Assembly (NCBI RefSeq): GCF_017432245.1
Contig: NZ_JAFRJO010000004.1
Location: forward strand, 25,072-57,071
Reading direction: 5' to 3'
Length of the DNA: 32,000 nt
Source: Methanobrevibacter sp.
Lineage (GTDB): Archaea; Methanobacteriota; Methanobacteria; Methanobacteriales; Methanobacteriaceae
Part shown: one piece after another, positions 1 to 9,736 of the stretch
How positions within the stretch are numbered: the stretch's first letter is position 1
Layout: every line of letters starts with the position of its first letter
Position numbers and translations under genes: made by a program
Notes under the pieces: generated by a model
The model's database searches: none
What the model saw: only the letters and a program-made list of their open reading frames with translations
Told to the model about the DNA's origin: nothing

Positions 1-2
1 TA

Positions 3-89
3 AATGAAATGTATGAGGATGGAACTATCGATAAGATAGCTCAAAAATATAAAGATTATGGAGTCCCAGAAGGGGTAATTTATCCATAA
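3..89 (+). CDS. C-terminal fragment of a protein truncated by the window edge (…NEMYEDGTIDKIAQKYKDYGVPEGVIYP*)
   Basis: Open frame from base 3 to the TAA at 87-89, with protein-like composition; product not identifiable. Confidence 0.55.
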   Translation, partial: NEMYEDGTIDKIAQKYKDYGVPEGVIYP

Positions 90-394
90 TTTTTTCTTTT
101 TTAACTAAATTTATTTTTTATAATTAATTTTCTTTTTCAATTTATTTTTAGATTATTTTAGATTTATTTTTTTAAGTAAATTTTTAAAATTATTATTTTA
201 TTTTTCCACTTGTTTTTTAAAATATAATTACTTAACTATATATTGTATTAAAATCATAAATTATATTGTATAAATACTTACTATTATGAAAGTAATATGT
301 AATATTTAAACTAAATAAATTCAAAAAATGACTTAAAAATGATTTAAATTGAAATCATGATTATAAAATTATTCTTAAAATTGGAGGATATGAA

Positions 395-1612
395 ATGTTT
401 ATAGGAGAAGCTCTTATCGGAGACGGAGACGAATTAGCACACGTTGATTTACTTATTGGTGAAAAAGATGGTCCTGTAGGAAACGCTTTTGCTAATGGAT
501 TAAGCCAATTATCTGTTGGACACACCCCATTGCTCAGTGTAATCAGACCTAACTTAATTACCAAACCAGCTACCATCATTATTCCTAAAGTAACTGTTGG
601 TGACTTAGATGATGCAAGCAAAATCTTTGGACCTGCTCAAACTGCTGTAGGTAGAGCTGTAGCTGATTGTGTGGAAGAAGGAATCATTCCTAAAGACAAA
701 GTGGAAGATTGGGTAATTAATGCAAGCGTATTCATTAGCCCAGCTGCACAGGATTACAGAAAAATCTACCAATACAACTATGCAGCAACCAAACTTGCAA
801 TCAAAAGAGCATTGAAAGGTTACCCTGATATTGACAAAGTATTATACGAAAAAGACCGTGGAACCCACGCTATTATGGGATTCAAAGCAATCAAGCTTTA
901 CGAACCACCTTACTTGCAAGTTGCTCTTGACCTTGACAACATGGATGTTATGGAAAGAATCATTAAGCAACTCCCTAACAGAGAAAGAATCCTCCTTGAA
1001 GCAGGAACCCCTCTCGTTAAAAAATTCGGTGTCGGTGTAGTGGGCAAAATCAGAGAATTGGCTCCAAGCGGATTCATTATTGCTGACTTGAAAACCTTGG
1101 ACGTAGGAAGAGTTGAAGTTAAAATGGCTGCAGATGAAACTGCTGATGCAGTAGCAATTTCCGGTCTCGGAACTATTGAATCCATTGAAAAAGCTATTCA
1201 TGAATGTCAAAAACAAGGTATCTACTCCATCCTTGATATGATGAATGTAGATGACTTCACCAAAAAACTCAAGAAAATCAACAAAGAGTTCTTACCTGAC
1301 ATTGTTCTCTTACACAGAAATGTTGACTTAGAAAGTAAACTTAGAGCAGAAGGTAAAAACCTTGATGACGTAAGTGCTTGGGGTAACATTAAGGAAATTA
1401 AGAAAATCACTGGCGGTTTAGTTGCTGTAGCTGGAGGAGTAACTCCAGAAAAAGCACCTGAAGCATTTGAAAAAGGTGCAGACATCATCATCGCAGGTAG
1501 ATACATCATTGGATCTGGTGACCCAAGAAGAGCTGCAGAAGACTTCTTAGCTCAAATGCCTGTAGACCCAAACCACATGAGAGTGGTAATGGAAGATGAT
1601 GAGCAAATTTAA
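395..1612 (+). CDS. fae-hps: Bifunctional formaldehyde-activating enzyme / 3-hexulose-6-phosphate synthase (Fae-Hps fusion)
   Basis: N-terminal Fae domain ([22 protein letters not shown]...[11 protein letters not shown]...HTPLL) fused to an Hps TIM barrel ([17 protein letters not shown]...[20 protein letters not shown]...[27 protein letters not shown]). GGAGGAT-like RBS upstream. Confidence 0.96.
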   Translation: MFIGEALIGDGDELAHVDLLIGEKDGPVGNAFANGLSQLSVGHTPLLSVIRPNLITKPATIIIPKVTVGDLDDASKIFGPAQTAVGRAVADCVEEGIIPKDKVEDWVINASVFISPAAQDYRKIYQYNYAATKLAIKRALKGYPDIDKVLYEKDRGTHAIMGFKAIKLYEPPYLQVALDLDNMDVMERIIKQLPNRERILLEAGTPLVKKFGVGVVGKIRELAPSGFIIADLKTLDVGRVEVKMAADETADAVAISGLGTIESIEKAIHECQKQGIYSILDMMNVDDFTKKLKKINKEFLPDIVLLHRNVDLESKLRAEGKNLDDVSAWGNIKEIKKITGGLVAVAGGVTPEKAPEAFEKGADIIIAGRYIIGSGDPRRAAEDFLAQMPVDPNHMRVVMEDDEQI

Positions 1613-1648
1613 GTAGCCGTCCATTGATTGATAAAAATTATAAAGCTT

Positions 1649-1676
1649 TAGCTAATTAGATTATTCTAATTAGCTA
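1649..1676 (+). terminator. Hairpin plus T-tract terminator after fae-hps
   Basis: Perfect 12-bp inverted repeat TAGCTAATTAGA-TTAT-TCTAATTAGCTA followed directly by eight T. Confidence 0.8.
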
Positions 1677-1744
1677 TTTTTTTTAAATAATTTTTAATTT
1701 AAGACTGATTTGAATCATTTTAGTTATTAATTAAAGGTGAAACA

Positions 1745-2071
1745 ATGGGATTTTGCAATTCTTGCGGCAGGCCAATGGGAAGAAATGACTATGGAACAAA
1801 TGAAGACGGTAGCCCAAATATGGATTACTGTAAAGACTGTTTCCAAAATGGAGAGTTCACTGAACCTGACATTACCATAAATGAAATGATCATTAGACAT
1901 GCAAAAAGAATGATGAAAAGAAACCCTGATTTACGTGAAGAGGAAGCAACTGGATTGCTATGTAATTTCCTTCCAAACTTGAAAAGATGGAATCCTAATC
2001 CTGATGATGAAATTGATGAGGATGAGGAACCAGTCATGGGTTACAGAGGTAATGCCAGAGATATGTTCTAA
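1745..2071 (+). CDS. Small zinc-ribbon protein
   Basis: CNSCGRPM...YCKDCFQNGEF (two Cys pairs), conserved-looking C-terminal tail; GGTGAAACA RBS. Confidence 0.8.
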   Translation: MGFCNSCGRPMGRNDYGTNEDGSPNMDYCKDCFQNGEFTEPDITINEMIIRHAKRMMKRNPDLREEEATGLLCNFLPNLKRWNPNPDDEIDEDEEPVMGYRGNARDMF

Positions 2072-2092
2072 TTAAAACAAGATGTTAGAGAT

Positions 2093-2126
2093 TTATAGAA
2101 GTTTTATTAAAGTTTGACTTCTATAA
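2093..2126 (+). terminator. Putative hairpin terminator after the zinc-ribbon gene
   Basis: 10-bp perfect arms TTATAGAAGT / ACTTCTATAA with a 14-nt loop, then TTTTACTATTTTTA. Confidence 0.5.
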
Positions 2127-2256
2127 TTTTACTATTTTTATTAAAAACTTTAAAAAAATAGGATATAAGGCACAAAATAAGCCATTTTAAAACTAATTTT
2201 GAAAATATTGAATTTTAAAAAAAGATTTAAAGAGTATTGATTTAAAAAATAGATAG

Positions 2257-3006
2257 TTATTGTATTCTTAAAATAAAGTTTTTGAATTTGTCCAAGAGAT
2301 TCCTATAGTGAATGACTTTAACTTTCTCATTGTATAAATCTTCTTGAGATTTTTCGTATTTTTTGAGTAAAGCAATGTATTCCTTTTGCAACTCAACATA
2401 ATCATCAAAGGAATATGAATTTGAACTGGATGTGAACTGTTCATTGCTTAAGAATTCAGAATCAATGATAACATCATCATTTTGTGAATTTAACTTTTCG
2501 TTTAATAAATCCAAATCATCATTCAAGTCAGATATGATGAAATTTTTATCTTCCAATTGTTTTCTTAAACTGGATATGGTGTTTTGATTTTCTTCAAGCT
2601 GCTCTTTCAAACCAGAGCAGTCTTCTTTTAAAACAAGTAATCTTTTTCTGGATTCTTCCAATTGCTCTTCTCTCTTAACCAATTTTTCAGAAAGGGCTTT
2701 CAATTTAGAGGAGGTGGTCTTTAAATCTTCATCAGCAATAGTGAAATCTTTGGTCAATTTTTTATTATCTTCCAATAGCATGCTGTTAAACAATTCTAAA
2801 GCTGATTTCAATTCATCAAACTCGTTAAATTCTTCTGCTTGATCAGCTGATATAATAAAGACTTCTTCCTTATCTTCAAAGATATTGTCAGATTTAGATA
2901 CAGTGACCTGAACCTGTTCTGTCTTATAGGTCTTTTTAGTACCATCCTTTAATGTCCTATTGTAAGACCTAAAATATTTTTTAACAATACCTTTTACGAA
3001 ATCCAT
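2257..3006 (-). CDS. Coiled-coil protein with a short beta-rich, AbrB-hairpin-like N-terminal region
   Basis: 249-aa ORF with a long heptad-rich region (SALELFN...LKEQLEENQNTISSLRKQLEDKNFIISDLNDDLDLLNEKL). N-terminus TYKTEQVQVTVSKSDNIFEDKEEVFII resembles that of the ORF at 13459-14154. Confidence 0.75.
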   Translation of the reverse strand: MDFVKGIVKKYFRSYNRTLKDGTKKTYKTEQVQVTVSKSDNIFEDKEEVFIISADQAEEFNEFDELKSALELFNSMLLEDNKKLTKDFTIADEDLKTTSSKLKALSEKLVKREEQLEESRKRLLVLKEDCSGLKEQLEENQNTISSLRKQLEDKNFIISDLNDDLDLLNEKLNSQNDDVIIDSEFLSNEQFTSSSNSYSFDDYVELQKEYIALLKKYEKSQEDLYNEKVKVIHYRNLLDKFKNFILRIQ

Positions 3007-3275
3007 AAAAACACCATTTTGAATATAACCATTAATAAAATATTGGCATTAAGCAAATAATCATGTGAAAAATTTAAAAAATTATTTTTTTTAGACAAAA
3101 ATTTGTCAATAAAACAACATTATAATATTAATATATGATTTATATTATATAAGTTTTATAATTTTTTTAAAAAATTTTAAAAAAACTTTTAATGAAAGTT
3201 AATAAAAATAGTAATAGATAAAAAAATTAAAAAAATATTCTATAATCTAAATTTAATAATCTAATTTGAGGTAAT

Positions 3276-3875
3276 ATGATGAAAATTCTTGGAATTTGTG
3301 GAAGTCCACGAGAAGGTGCCAGCGAATATTTATTGAAAAGGGCATTGAATGAATTGAATAAGGAAGATTCATTTGAAACCACCTTCATATCTGTAAAAGA
3401 TAAGGACATCGCTCCTTGCACACATTGCAATGAATGTGCAGAAACAAAGGGAAAGTGTTCAATATCTGATGATATGGACGAAATTTATAAAGCTCTTAGA
3501 GATGCCGATGGAATCATAATGGCAAGTCCAATCCATTTCGGAAGCATCTCTGCACAATTGAAAGCAGTTATTGACAGATGCCAAGCCATGATCATGGAAG
3601 ACTTGGATATTTTCAAAAACAAGGTGGGAATTTCAATAGTTGTAGGTGGAGACAGGTCTGGAGGTCAGGAATTGACCATTCAGCAAATCAACACATTCTA
3701 TCTATTAAATAAAATCATACCATTAAGTGGAGGATCCTTTGGCGCTAATTTAGGAGCATGCTTATGGTCCCAGGATGATGGAGCAGAAGGCGTGAAGGAA
3801 GACGAATATGGACTTAAAACATTGGATATGACTATAAATCATTTTAAAGAGTTTTTATTAGAGTTTAAATCATAA
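3276..3875 (+). CDS. Flavodoxin-fold NAD(P)H-dependent FMN reductase / iron-sulfur flavoprotein family
   Basis: GICGSPREGASEYLLKRAL FMN site plus CTHCNECAETKGKC (CX2CX2CX7C-type cluster motif); GASPIHFGSIS-type middle region. Confidence 0.9.
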   Translation: MMKILGICGSPREGASEYLLKRALNELNKEDSFETTFISVKDKDIAPCTHCNECAETKGKCSISDDMDEIYKALRDADGIIMASPIHFGSISAQLKAVIDRCQAMIMEDLDIFKNKVGISIVVGGDRSGGQELTIQQINTFYLLNKIIPLSGGSFGANLGACLWSQDDGAEGVKEDEYGLKTLDMTINHFKEFLLEFKS

Positions 3876-4032
3876 TGAGGATTTATAAAAAAATTATTCC
3901 TTTTTTAACAAAAGGTATATAAATAAAAATTTATATAGGAATATCTAATTATATTATATAGTATAATACTATTAATTTAATTAAGTATTTTATTAAATTT
4001 GATATTTCATAGCTTTTTTTAAAGAATATGGT

Positions 4033-5604
4033 GTGAATATGGGAGAAGCAACTGGGAGTTCTAAAGTAGCTAAGGGAAGCGCTATTATCTTAATAGGAAA
4101 TGTCATCTTCCGTGTAGGGGGATATCTTTACCGTTTCCTTATGGCATCACTTTTAGGACCGGCAGCATATGGTATACTTGGACTCACAACTCCATTTCAA
4201 GGAATATTCCAAGTTTTATCTGCAGCAGGGCTTCCACCGGCAATAGCTAAATACGTATCAGAGTACAATGCCCTTGATGAAGAGGATCTTGCTCGCCAAA
4301 CAGTTTTCACAGCACTGAAGATAATGGTCTTTTTAGGATTCTTCTTTGGACTGATTATGGTATTTGTAGCTGCACCTATCATTACAAACTATTATCACAA
4401 GCCAGAGGCATTGTTGCCGCTTCAGGCTGTTGGTTTAATCACTCCTTTCAGTGTGATAGTCGGTGCATTTAGAGGTGCTTTCCAAGGTGTATACAAAATG
4501 GAATACATCCTTTATACACGTGCAATTGAACAGATATTCATGATTCTATTTGCAACTGCACTTGTAATTTTAGGATTATCCACCTTTGGTGCAGTATTAG
4601 GTTCTGTACTCGGTTTTGCAGCATCAGCAGTGTCTGCAGTCTATATCTTTAAAAGGTATATGGGAAAATATATCCCCCCTGCAAATCCTGACTTTAAGTT
4701 TACCTTCAGACAGGAATTGGGCCTTGCAAAAAGATTGCTTTTCTTTTCAATTCCAGTTACAGTCACTGCACTTGCTGAAATGGGTATTTACAGCATTTGT
4801 ACCTTGATTATGGGAGGATTCTTAGCTGCAAGCGCAATCGGTTACTTTACAGCAGCAGATCCTATTTCACGACTTCCTTTAATAGTCTCAAGTTCACTTG
4901 CAACTACCATATTGCCTGCAGCGTCTGAAGCATATGCTCTAAAGGATCAAAACCTACTTGAAAAATATGTCAATGCATCATATAAATACGGAATGTTCTT
5001 TGTAATTCCAATGTGTGTAGGAATAGCTATTTTTGCAAAGGAAATCATGGGGCTTGTATACTTTACAAATTCAGCTTACATGAACGGTGCAATGTCTCTT
5101 GCAATTCTTGTAATCGGTATGACATTCTATTCAATATATACAATTTCAGGAAGTATTGTCCAAGGTATTGGAAATCCAAGAATACCAATGTACCTTTTGA
5201 TATTCGGATGTATCATCACTTTAGGCCTCGGTTGGTACTTGATTCCTACTTACGGCATTGAAGGTGGAGCATTAGCTACTACAATAGCTTCATTCATAAT
5301 GATGATACCTATGTTCCTGCTCCAATTCAAGTTAACTAAAACCCATGCCCCTTATGCATTCTTAACTAAAGTCACAATAGCTTCATTGATTATGGCCTTG
5401 CCTGTATTTGTGCTTCCAAACAATAGCTATGGATTGATTGCAGGACTGATAATCTGTCCAATAATCTATATGATTGCAATTGTAGCACTTAGAACATTAT
5501 CCCATGATGATGTGGCAGGATTTAGAAAATTCACCAGAAAATTAGGTCCTTTAAGAAAATATGCCAATAAGCTATTGGATATTATAGATAAATACAGTTC
5601 TTAA
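4033..5604 (+). CDS. Polysaccharide biosynthesis / flippase family membrane protein (MATE/MOP superfamily)
   Basis: 523 aa, about 14 hydrophobic segments. AIILIGNVIFRVGGYLYRFLMASLLGPAAYGILGL...PPAIAKYVSEY is typical of PST/SpoVB-like flippases. Confidence 0.88.
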   Translation: MNMGEATGSSKVAKGSAIILIGNVIFRVGGYLYRFLMASLLGPAAYGILGLTTPFQGIFQVLSAAGLPPAIAKYVSEYNALDEEDLARQTVFTALKIMVFLGFFFGLIMVFVAAPIITNYYHKPEALLPLQAVGLITPFSVIVGAFRGAFQGVYKMEYILYTRAIEQIFMILFATALVILGLSTFGAVLGSVLGFAASAVSAVYIFKRYMGKYIPPANPDFKFTFRQELGLAKRLLFFSIPVTVTALAEMGIYSICTLIMGGFLAASAIGYFTAADPISRLPLIVSSSLATTILPAASEAYALKDQNLLEKYVNASYKYGMFFVIPMCVGIAIFAKEIMGLVYFTNSAYMNGAMSLAILVIGMTFYSIYTISGSIVQGIGNPRIPMYLLIFGCIITLGLGWYLIPTYGIEGGALATTIASFIMMIPMFLLQFKLTKTHAPYAFLTKVTIASLIMALPVFVLPNNSYGLIAGLIICPIIYMIAIVALRTLSHDDVAGFRKFTRKLGPLRKYANKLLDIIDKYSS

Positions 5605-5964
5605 AAAATCAATAAATTTTTATCTTTACTTTTTTTATTTACTTTAATCTTACTTTTTTTAACTCTAGCTTAGTTTTTTTTGGGTCGAATTAAACATTCA
5701 TTCTATTTTTCAAATTCATATCGATTTTTTAAAAGAATCACTTATAAAGGAATTATCGATTACGAATATTCATCATAACGAGTCAAAACTAAATATCCTT
5801 TCTTTTATATCTTAAAACATCTTATAACCAAAAATAATTTTTGAAATAATTAGCGAATATAATTAGATTAAAATAAATAAGTTTAATTAATAAAAGGCAT
5901 ATATTAAATATCAATCTGAGTAATTTTTGAAAAATATTTTTTTAAGGTAAAAGGGACGATTAAT

Positions 5965-6657
5965 ATGACTGAGGTAAAAGCTGGAGTAGAATATAAGATT
6001 AATATAGATGGAAATTCTTTTCTATTGGATCAAAAGAAATTCAATCTGTTGATTTATATAAATGAAAGCGAATCAATTACAGAAGCTGCTAAGCGTTCAA
6101 AAATTTCATACAGAACTGCTTTAAACTATATCGATAAAATAGAGTCAAGCTTGGATATAGCTATTGTAAGCACTAAAAAAGGAGGAAGCGGTGGTGGAGG
6201 CAGTACCACTCTTACCGAAGAGGGCTTGCAGATTCTAAAGGAATGTAAAAAGATCAATGCAATCATGGAACTTCATAGCGAAACAAATGAGATTGAAGCT
6301 GAAATTCTTGAAGTTGACAAGTCAAAAGGTGTCATGAAAATTCAAATGAATGAGTTGGTCATAACTATTCCACTTAAAAAGGAATATAAAGTTGGAGATA
6401 AGATTCTCGCTTTAATAAGCTATGACAATATATTCATAATGTTGGAGCCTCAAGCATCCAGTATTAGAAACATCTTCAAGGGAAAAGTCACTGAAATGAG
6501 ACTTAAGGATGAAATGATCCGTGTAAAAATTGACATTGATGGAGTGGACATTTTCTCAGACATTACCTTATCTGCAGGTAAGGACTTGGATTTAAGTTTA
6601 GGAAAAGAGGTTTACATTGGATTTAAGGCATTGTCAATAGCTACATTAAAATTATAG
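5965..6657 (+). CDS. ModE-like transcriptional regulator with winged helix and tandem TOBE domains
   Basis: SESITEAAKRSKISYRTALNYIDKIESSL HTH, Gly-rich wing (KKGGSGGGGSTTLTEEG), two C-terminal TOBE-like repeats. Confidence 0.82.
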   Translation: MTEVKAGVEYKINIDGNSFLLDQKKFNLLIYINESESITEAAKRSKISYRTALNYIDKIESSLDIAIVSTKKGGSGGGGSTTLTEEGLQILKECKKINAIMELHSETNEIEAEILEVDKSKGVMKIQMNELVITIPLKKEYKVGDKILALISYDNIFIMLEPQASSIRNIFKGKVTEMRLKDEMIRVKIDIDGVDIFSDITLSAGKDLDLSLGKEVYIGFKALSIATLKL

Positions 6658-6768
6658 GCAATTTACTTGAAAAATAAAAATAATATATTTTTTTAACAAA
6701 TTAGCCATAATTTTATATATTTTAAATAAAATAAGATTATTTACAGATTTATTCATGGTGATATTATT

Positions 6769-6966
6769 TTAAAGATTATAGTTGATGAGGACAAATGCAC
6801 TGCATGTGGAAATTGCAAAGAGATTTGTCCAAAAGGAGGATATATTTGGACTATTGATACTGTTGCACATGTATCAAACTTAGATTATTGTCATGTTTGT
6901 ACATTATGTGCAATGAAATGCGGTCCAGATGCAATTAAAATTATGAGAAATGCACCAGATGAGTAA
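6769..6966 (+). CDS. Small 2[4Fe-4S] ferredoxin-like protein (not in the ORF track; exact start uncertain)
   Basis: Frame reads LKIIVDEDKCTACGNCKEICPKGGYIWTIDTVAHVSNLDYCHVCTLCAMKCGPDAIKIMRNAPDE*, with two CxxCxxCxxxC motifs. GGTGAT RBS at 6757-6762. No ATG/GTG/TTG in frame between the RBS and the first motif. Confidence 0.82.
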   Translation, partial: LKIIVDEDKCTACGNCKEICPKGGYIWTIDTVAHVSNLDYCHVCTLCAMKCGPDAIKIMRNAPDE

Positions 6967-7090
6967 ATAATTAATCGTTATTTTAATTTAAATATAGTTT
7001 AAAATTTTTCTGTAAATTGTTACTATATTATCCTTATTAGAAATACTTTTAGTAAATACTTTTAGGAAATACTTATTAGAACTTAAATCA

Positions 7091-7681
7091 GTGAGTGATT
7101 CAATGACTAGAACAGCTAAAGTTTCAAGAAAGACATCTGAAACAGATATTGAAATAGAGTTAAATATTGATGGAACTGGAGAATATGATATTGACACCGG
7201 CGTCAATTTCTTCAACCACATGTTGGAATCATTTTCAAAACACAGTTTCATGGATTTAAAGGTTAAGGCAATCGGTGATATTGAAATCGATGATCACCAC
7301 ACTGTAGAGGATGTTGGCATATTGTTAGGTGAAGCTTTTAGAGAAGCTATTGGCGACAAGAAAGGAATCAGAAGAATGGGTCACGCAATTGTCCCTATGG
7401 ATGATTCAGTTGCAACTGTTGCCATAGACATCAGCGGCCGCAGCTACTGCAATATGGACTTGGATTTCAAGCATGACAAGATTGGTGACTTAAGCAGTGA
7501 TGTTGTAGTTCACTTCTTTGAATCCTTTGCTTCCAGCGGAAAGATCAATATCTATGGAACCTGTGAAGGAGCAAATGATCACCACAAGGCTGAAGCCCTA
7601 TTCAAAGCCTTTGCAAAATCATTGTATGATGGATGCAAAATAGAGCATGATGAAATATTAAGTACAAAAGGTGTTCTTTAG
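7091..7681 (+). CDS. hisB: Imidazoleglycerol-phosphate dehydratase
   Basis: [46 protein letters not shown]...[16 protein letters not shown]...[13 protein letters not shown]; HisB metal-binding motifs present. Confidence 0.96.
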   Translation: MSDSMTRTAKVSRKTSETDIEIELNIDGTGEYDIDTGVNFFNHMLESFSKHSFMDLKVKAIGDIEIDDHHTVEDVGILLGEAFREAIGDKKGIRRMGHAIVPMDDSVATVAIDISGRSYCNMDLDFKHDKIGDLSSDVVVHFFESFASSGKINIYGTCEGANDHHKAEALFKAFAKSLYDGCKIEHDEILSTKGVL

Positions 7682-8006
7682 AATATCTTTTTATTTCTTT
7701 TTTTCTATTTTTCTATTTTTCTTTTTATCTCTTTTTTATTTTAATTTTTAAAATTCTTTTAAAGTAATTTTTATAAATTTTCAATTTTTAAAACATTATT
7801 CTATTTTTTAAATTTGCACTTTTTCCGCCAAGACAATTATTTTAAAAAATTTAATGAAAAAAAGTTAGTAATTATACGAATAAAACATTGGCATGCAAAG
7901 TTTTGAAATTGATTTAATAAAAAGAAAAAAAGTAAATTTTGGTTTTGATTTGAGATTTGATTTTTTGATTTGATTTGAATTTGTTTTAAAAAAGAAAAAA
8001 GAAAAA

Positions 8007-8028
8007 TAAGTAGCTGAAAAGCTACTTA
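8007..8028 (-). terminator. Hairpin plus T-tract terminator downstream of mtd
   Basis: Perfect 9-bp arms TAAGTAGCT / AGCTACTTA with a 4-nt loop, 11 nt after the stop codon. On the minus strand it is followed by ATTTTTCTTTTTTCTTTTTT. Confidence 0.8.
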
Positions 8029-8039
8029 ATCCTCGACAC

Positions 8040-8870
8040 TTATTCTGGTTTGCTGATTAAATCAAGTTTGCAACCAACGTTACCTTCTTTCATGTGAGGG
8101 GTTCTTAATACAGTGTCGTTGGATTTTTCAATTTCTCTTGCTTCAGCTGCTAATGCAGCAGCACATGCAGCCATTTCGTGAGCAGCAGCTACTAAAGGAA
8201 TGAAGTTTTCGAATCCTTTGGTCATGAAACAACCTTTCATGTCTAAACCTGCTACAGCACCAGCCATTTCATATGCAGCAATAGCTTTTGCTTTTGCGTA
8301 AGGGTTTTGGAATTTAGCAGCTTCTACAGCTTTTTCAGCGGTTACAATGAGTTTAGGTAATTCTACTTCGTTACCTGCTTCAATAGCTTCGATTACACCG
8401 TCAATGGTTTTTTGTACTAATCTTAAAGCACCGGTTTCTGCTAATACTTTAATGATATCAGCGTTGAAAATAGCCATTTCAGTAGGGTCTAACCATTCTC
8501 TTTTTGCACCGATCATTGGGTCTGCCATAACAATAATGTAACCTAAACCTTGTTCGTCCATTTCATCTTTTTTGCCTTTACCAGGAGCGTCACCAATGAT
8601 AATAGCAGGTTTATCTATTTCAGATAATAATTCTCTTGCTCTAGCTGGACCAGGTGCTGCTGGGTTTGGGCTAATGAAAATACAGAAATCTGGGTCGAAT
8701 TGTTCAAACTTAGGTACAACGTCTTCGACTTGTTCAGGGTTCATTTTTGCTCCAGATCCAAATACTCTTACGTCGATGTTTGGTCTGTCTGCTCTTTCGT
8801 CTAATAATAAATCTAATATTGGTGAAGTACCAATATTACCACTTCTTAATATAGCGATTTTAACTACCAT
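8040..8870 (-). CDS. mtd: F420-dependent methylenetetrahydromethanopterin dehydrogenase
   Basis: MVVKIAILRSGNIGTSPILDLLLDERADRPNIDVRVFGSGAKM... (276 aa from the ATG at 8870). The 43-aa extension in the track (to 8999) is AT-driven; TTGTGAT RBS lies just upstream of 8870. Confidence 0.97.
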   Translation of the reverse strand: MVVKIAILRSGNIGTSPILDLLLDERADRPNIDVRVFGSGAKMNPEQVEDVVPKFEQFDPDFCIFISPNPAAPGPARARELLSEIDKPAIIIGDAPGKGKKDEMDEQGLGYIIVMADPMIGAKREWLDPTEMAIFNADIIKVLAETGALRLVQKTIDGVIEAIEAGNEVELPKLIVTAEKAVEAAKFQNPYAKAKAIAAYEMAGAVAGLDMKGCFMTKGFENFIPLVAAAHEMAACAAALAAEAREIEKSNDTVLRTPHMKEGNVGCKLDLISKPE

Positions 8871-9094
8871 AATATCACAATAATATTTATAGTATTTGCT
8901 TATTATAAAGTTAATGTAAAAAAACAAATAAAAAACTTTATATATTAGAATAATTTTTTTTAAAATACAAGTAAAATTAGTTATAAAAATAAAGAACATA
9001 GAGAAAGTATTTTGGAAAAATAAGGAAAATTAAATCTAATCTAAAAAAATTTAGAATCTTAAATAAATTATCAAGATTTTAAAAAAAAATATAA

Positions 9095-9736
9095 TTATTT
9101 TTCTAGATAATTATCAATTCTTTCACCAAAAATATTGTTGTAAAATTGAATGATGAAACCGACTGTAACAGCTGAAAAGATGGTTCCTTCACGAACCCCT
9201 TCAAGGTGGCCTATGAATGCCAATGCCAAAATGACACCTATGCTTACAACAGTAACATCAAAAAATGGCTTGACCTTACCCCAATCCTTGTTCAGGACTT
9301 CCCCTATCGCCACCACAGCACCATCTCCGGGAAGCATGGTAATGTCAGACTTTACTTCAATGACAAGACCGAATGCAAGAACAAGACAGCTAATGATTAG
9401 CAAGATCCATTGACTTATATAATTTGTTGGATTGATGAAGTCAATGAAACTTAAGTTAAAATCAATCATATAGCCAAAGAGAATGCATACAAGCATTTGA
9501 GCTATTTGTGATAATGTGATTTTTCTTAAAAGAACCATTTGGAATATGACAAGCAACACATTGAAAATTATTGTGAATTCTCCTACAGTCAATGGAAAAG
9601 CAACAGCTAGAACAGCAGGAATGCATGATATAGGAGGAGTGCCTAAAGTGGATTTAAGAGATAATGCAATGCCTAAAGACATTATGGTCACTCCAAGAAT
9701 AAGTAAAATATATCTAATAATCAATTTTTTATCCAT
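9095..9736 (-). CDS. Multi-pass membrane protein, YczE/YitT-like family
   Basis: LLILGVTIMSLGIALSLKSTLGTPPISCIPAVLA...PGDGAVVAIGEVLNKDWGKVKPFFDVTVVSIG; about 5-6 hydrophobic segments. Confidence 0.75.
   Translation of the reverse strand: MDKKLIIRYILLILGVTIMSLGIALSLKSTLGTPPISCIPAVLAVAFPLTVGEFTIIFNVLLVIFQMVLLRKITLSQIAQMLVCILFGYMIDFNLSFIDFINPTNYISQWILLIISCLVLAFGLVIEVKSDITMLPGDGAVVAIGEVLNKDWGKVKPFFDVTVVSIGVILALAFIGHLEGVREGTIFSAVTVGFIIQFYNNIFGERIDNYLEK

Noticed and set aside
842-1216. 124-aa minus-strand ORF inside fae-hps
   Set aside because: Antisense shadow of a strongly supported enzyme; Cys/Phe/Ser-rich with no family resemblance.
8871-8999. 43-aa N-terminal extension of mtd in the ORF track
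   Set aside because: Extremely AT-rich with Phe/Ile/Tyr/Lys; Mtd proteins start at MVVKIAILRSG, and an RBS precedes the 8870 ATG.
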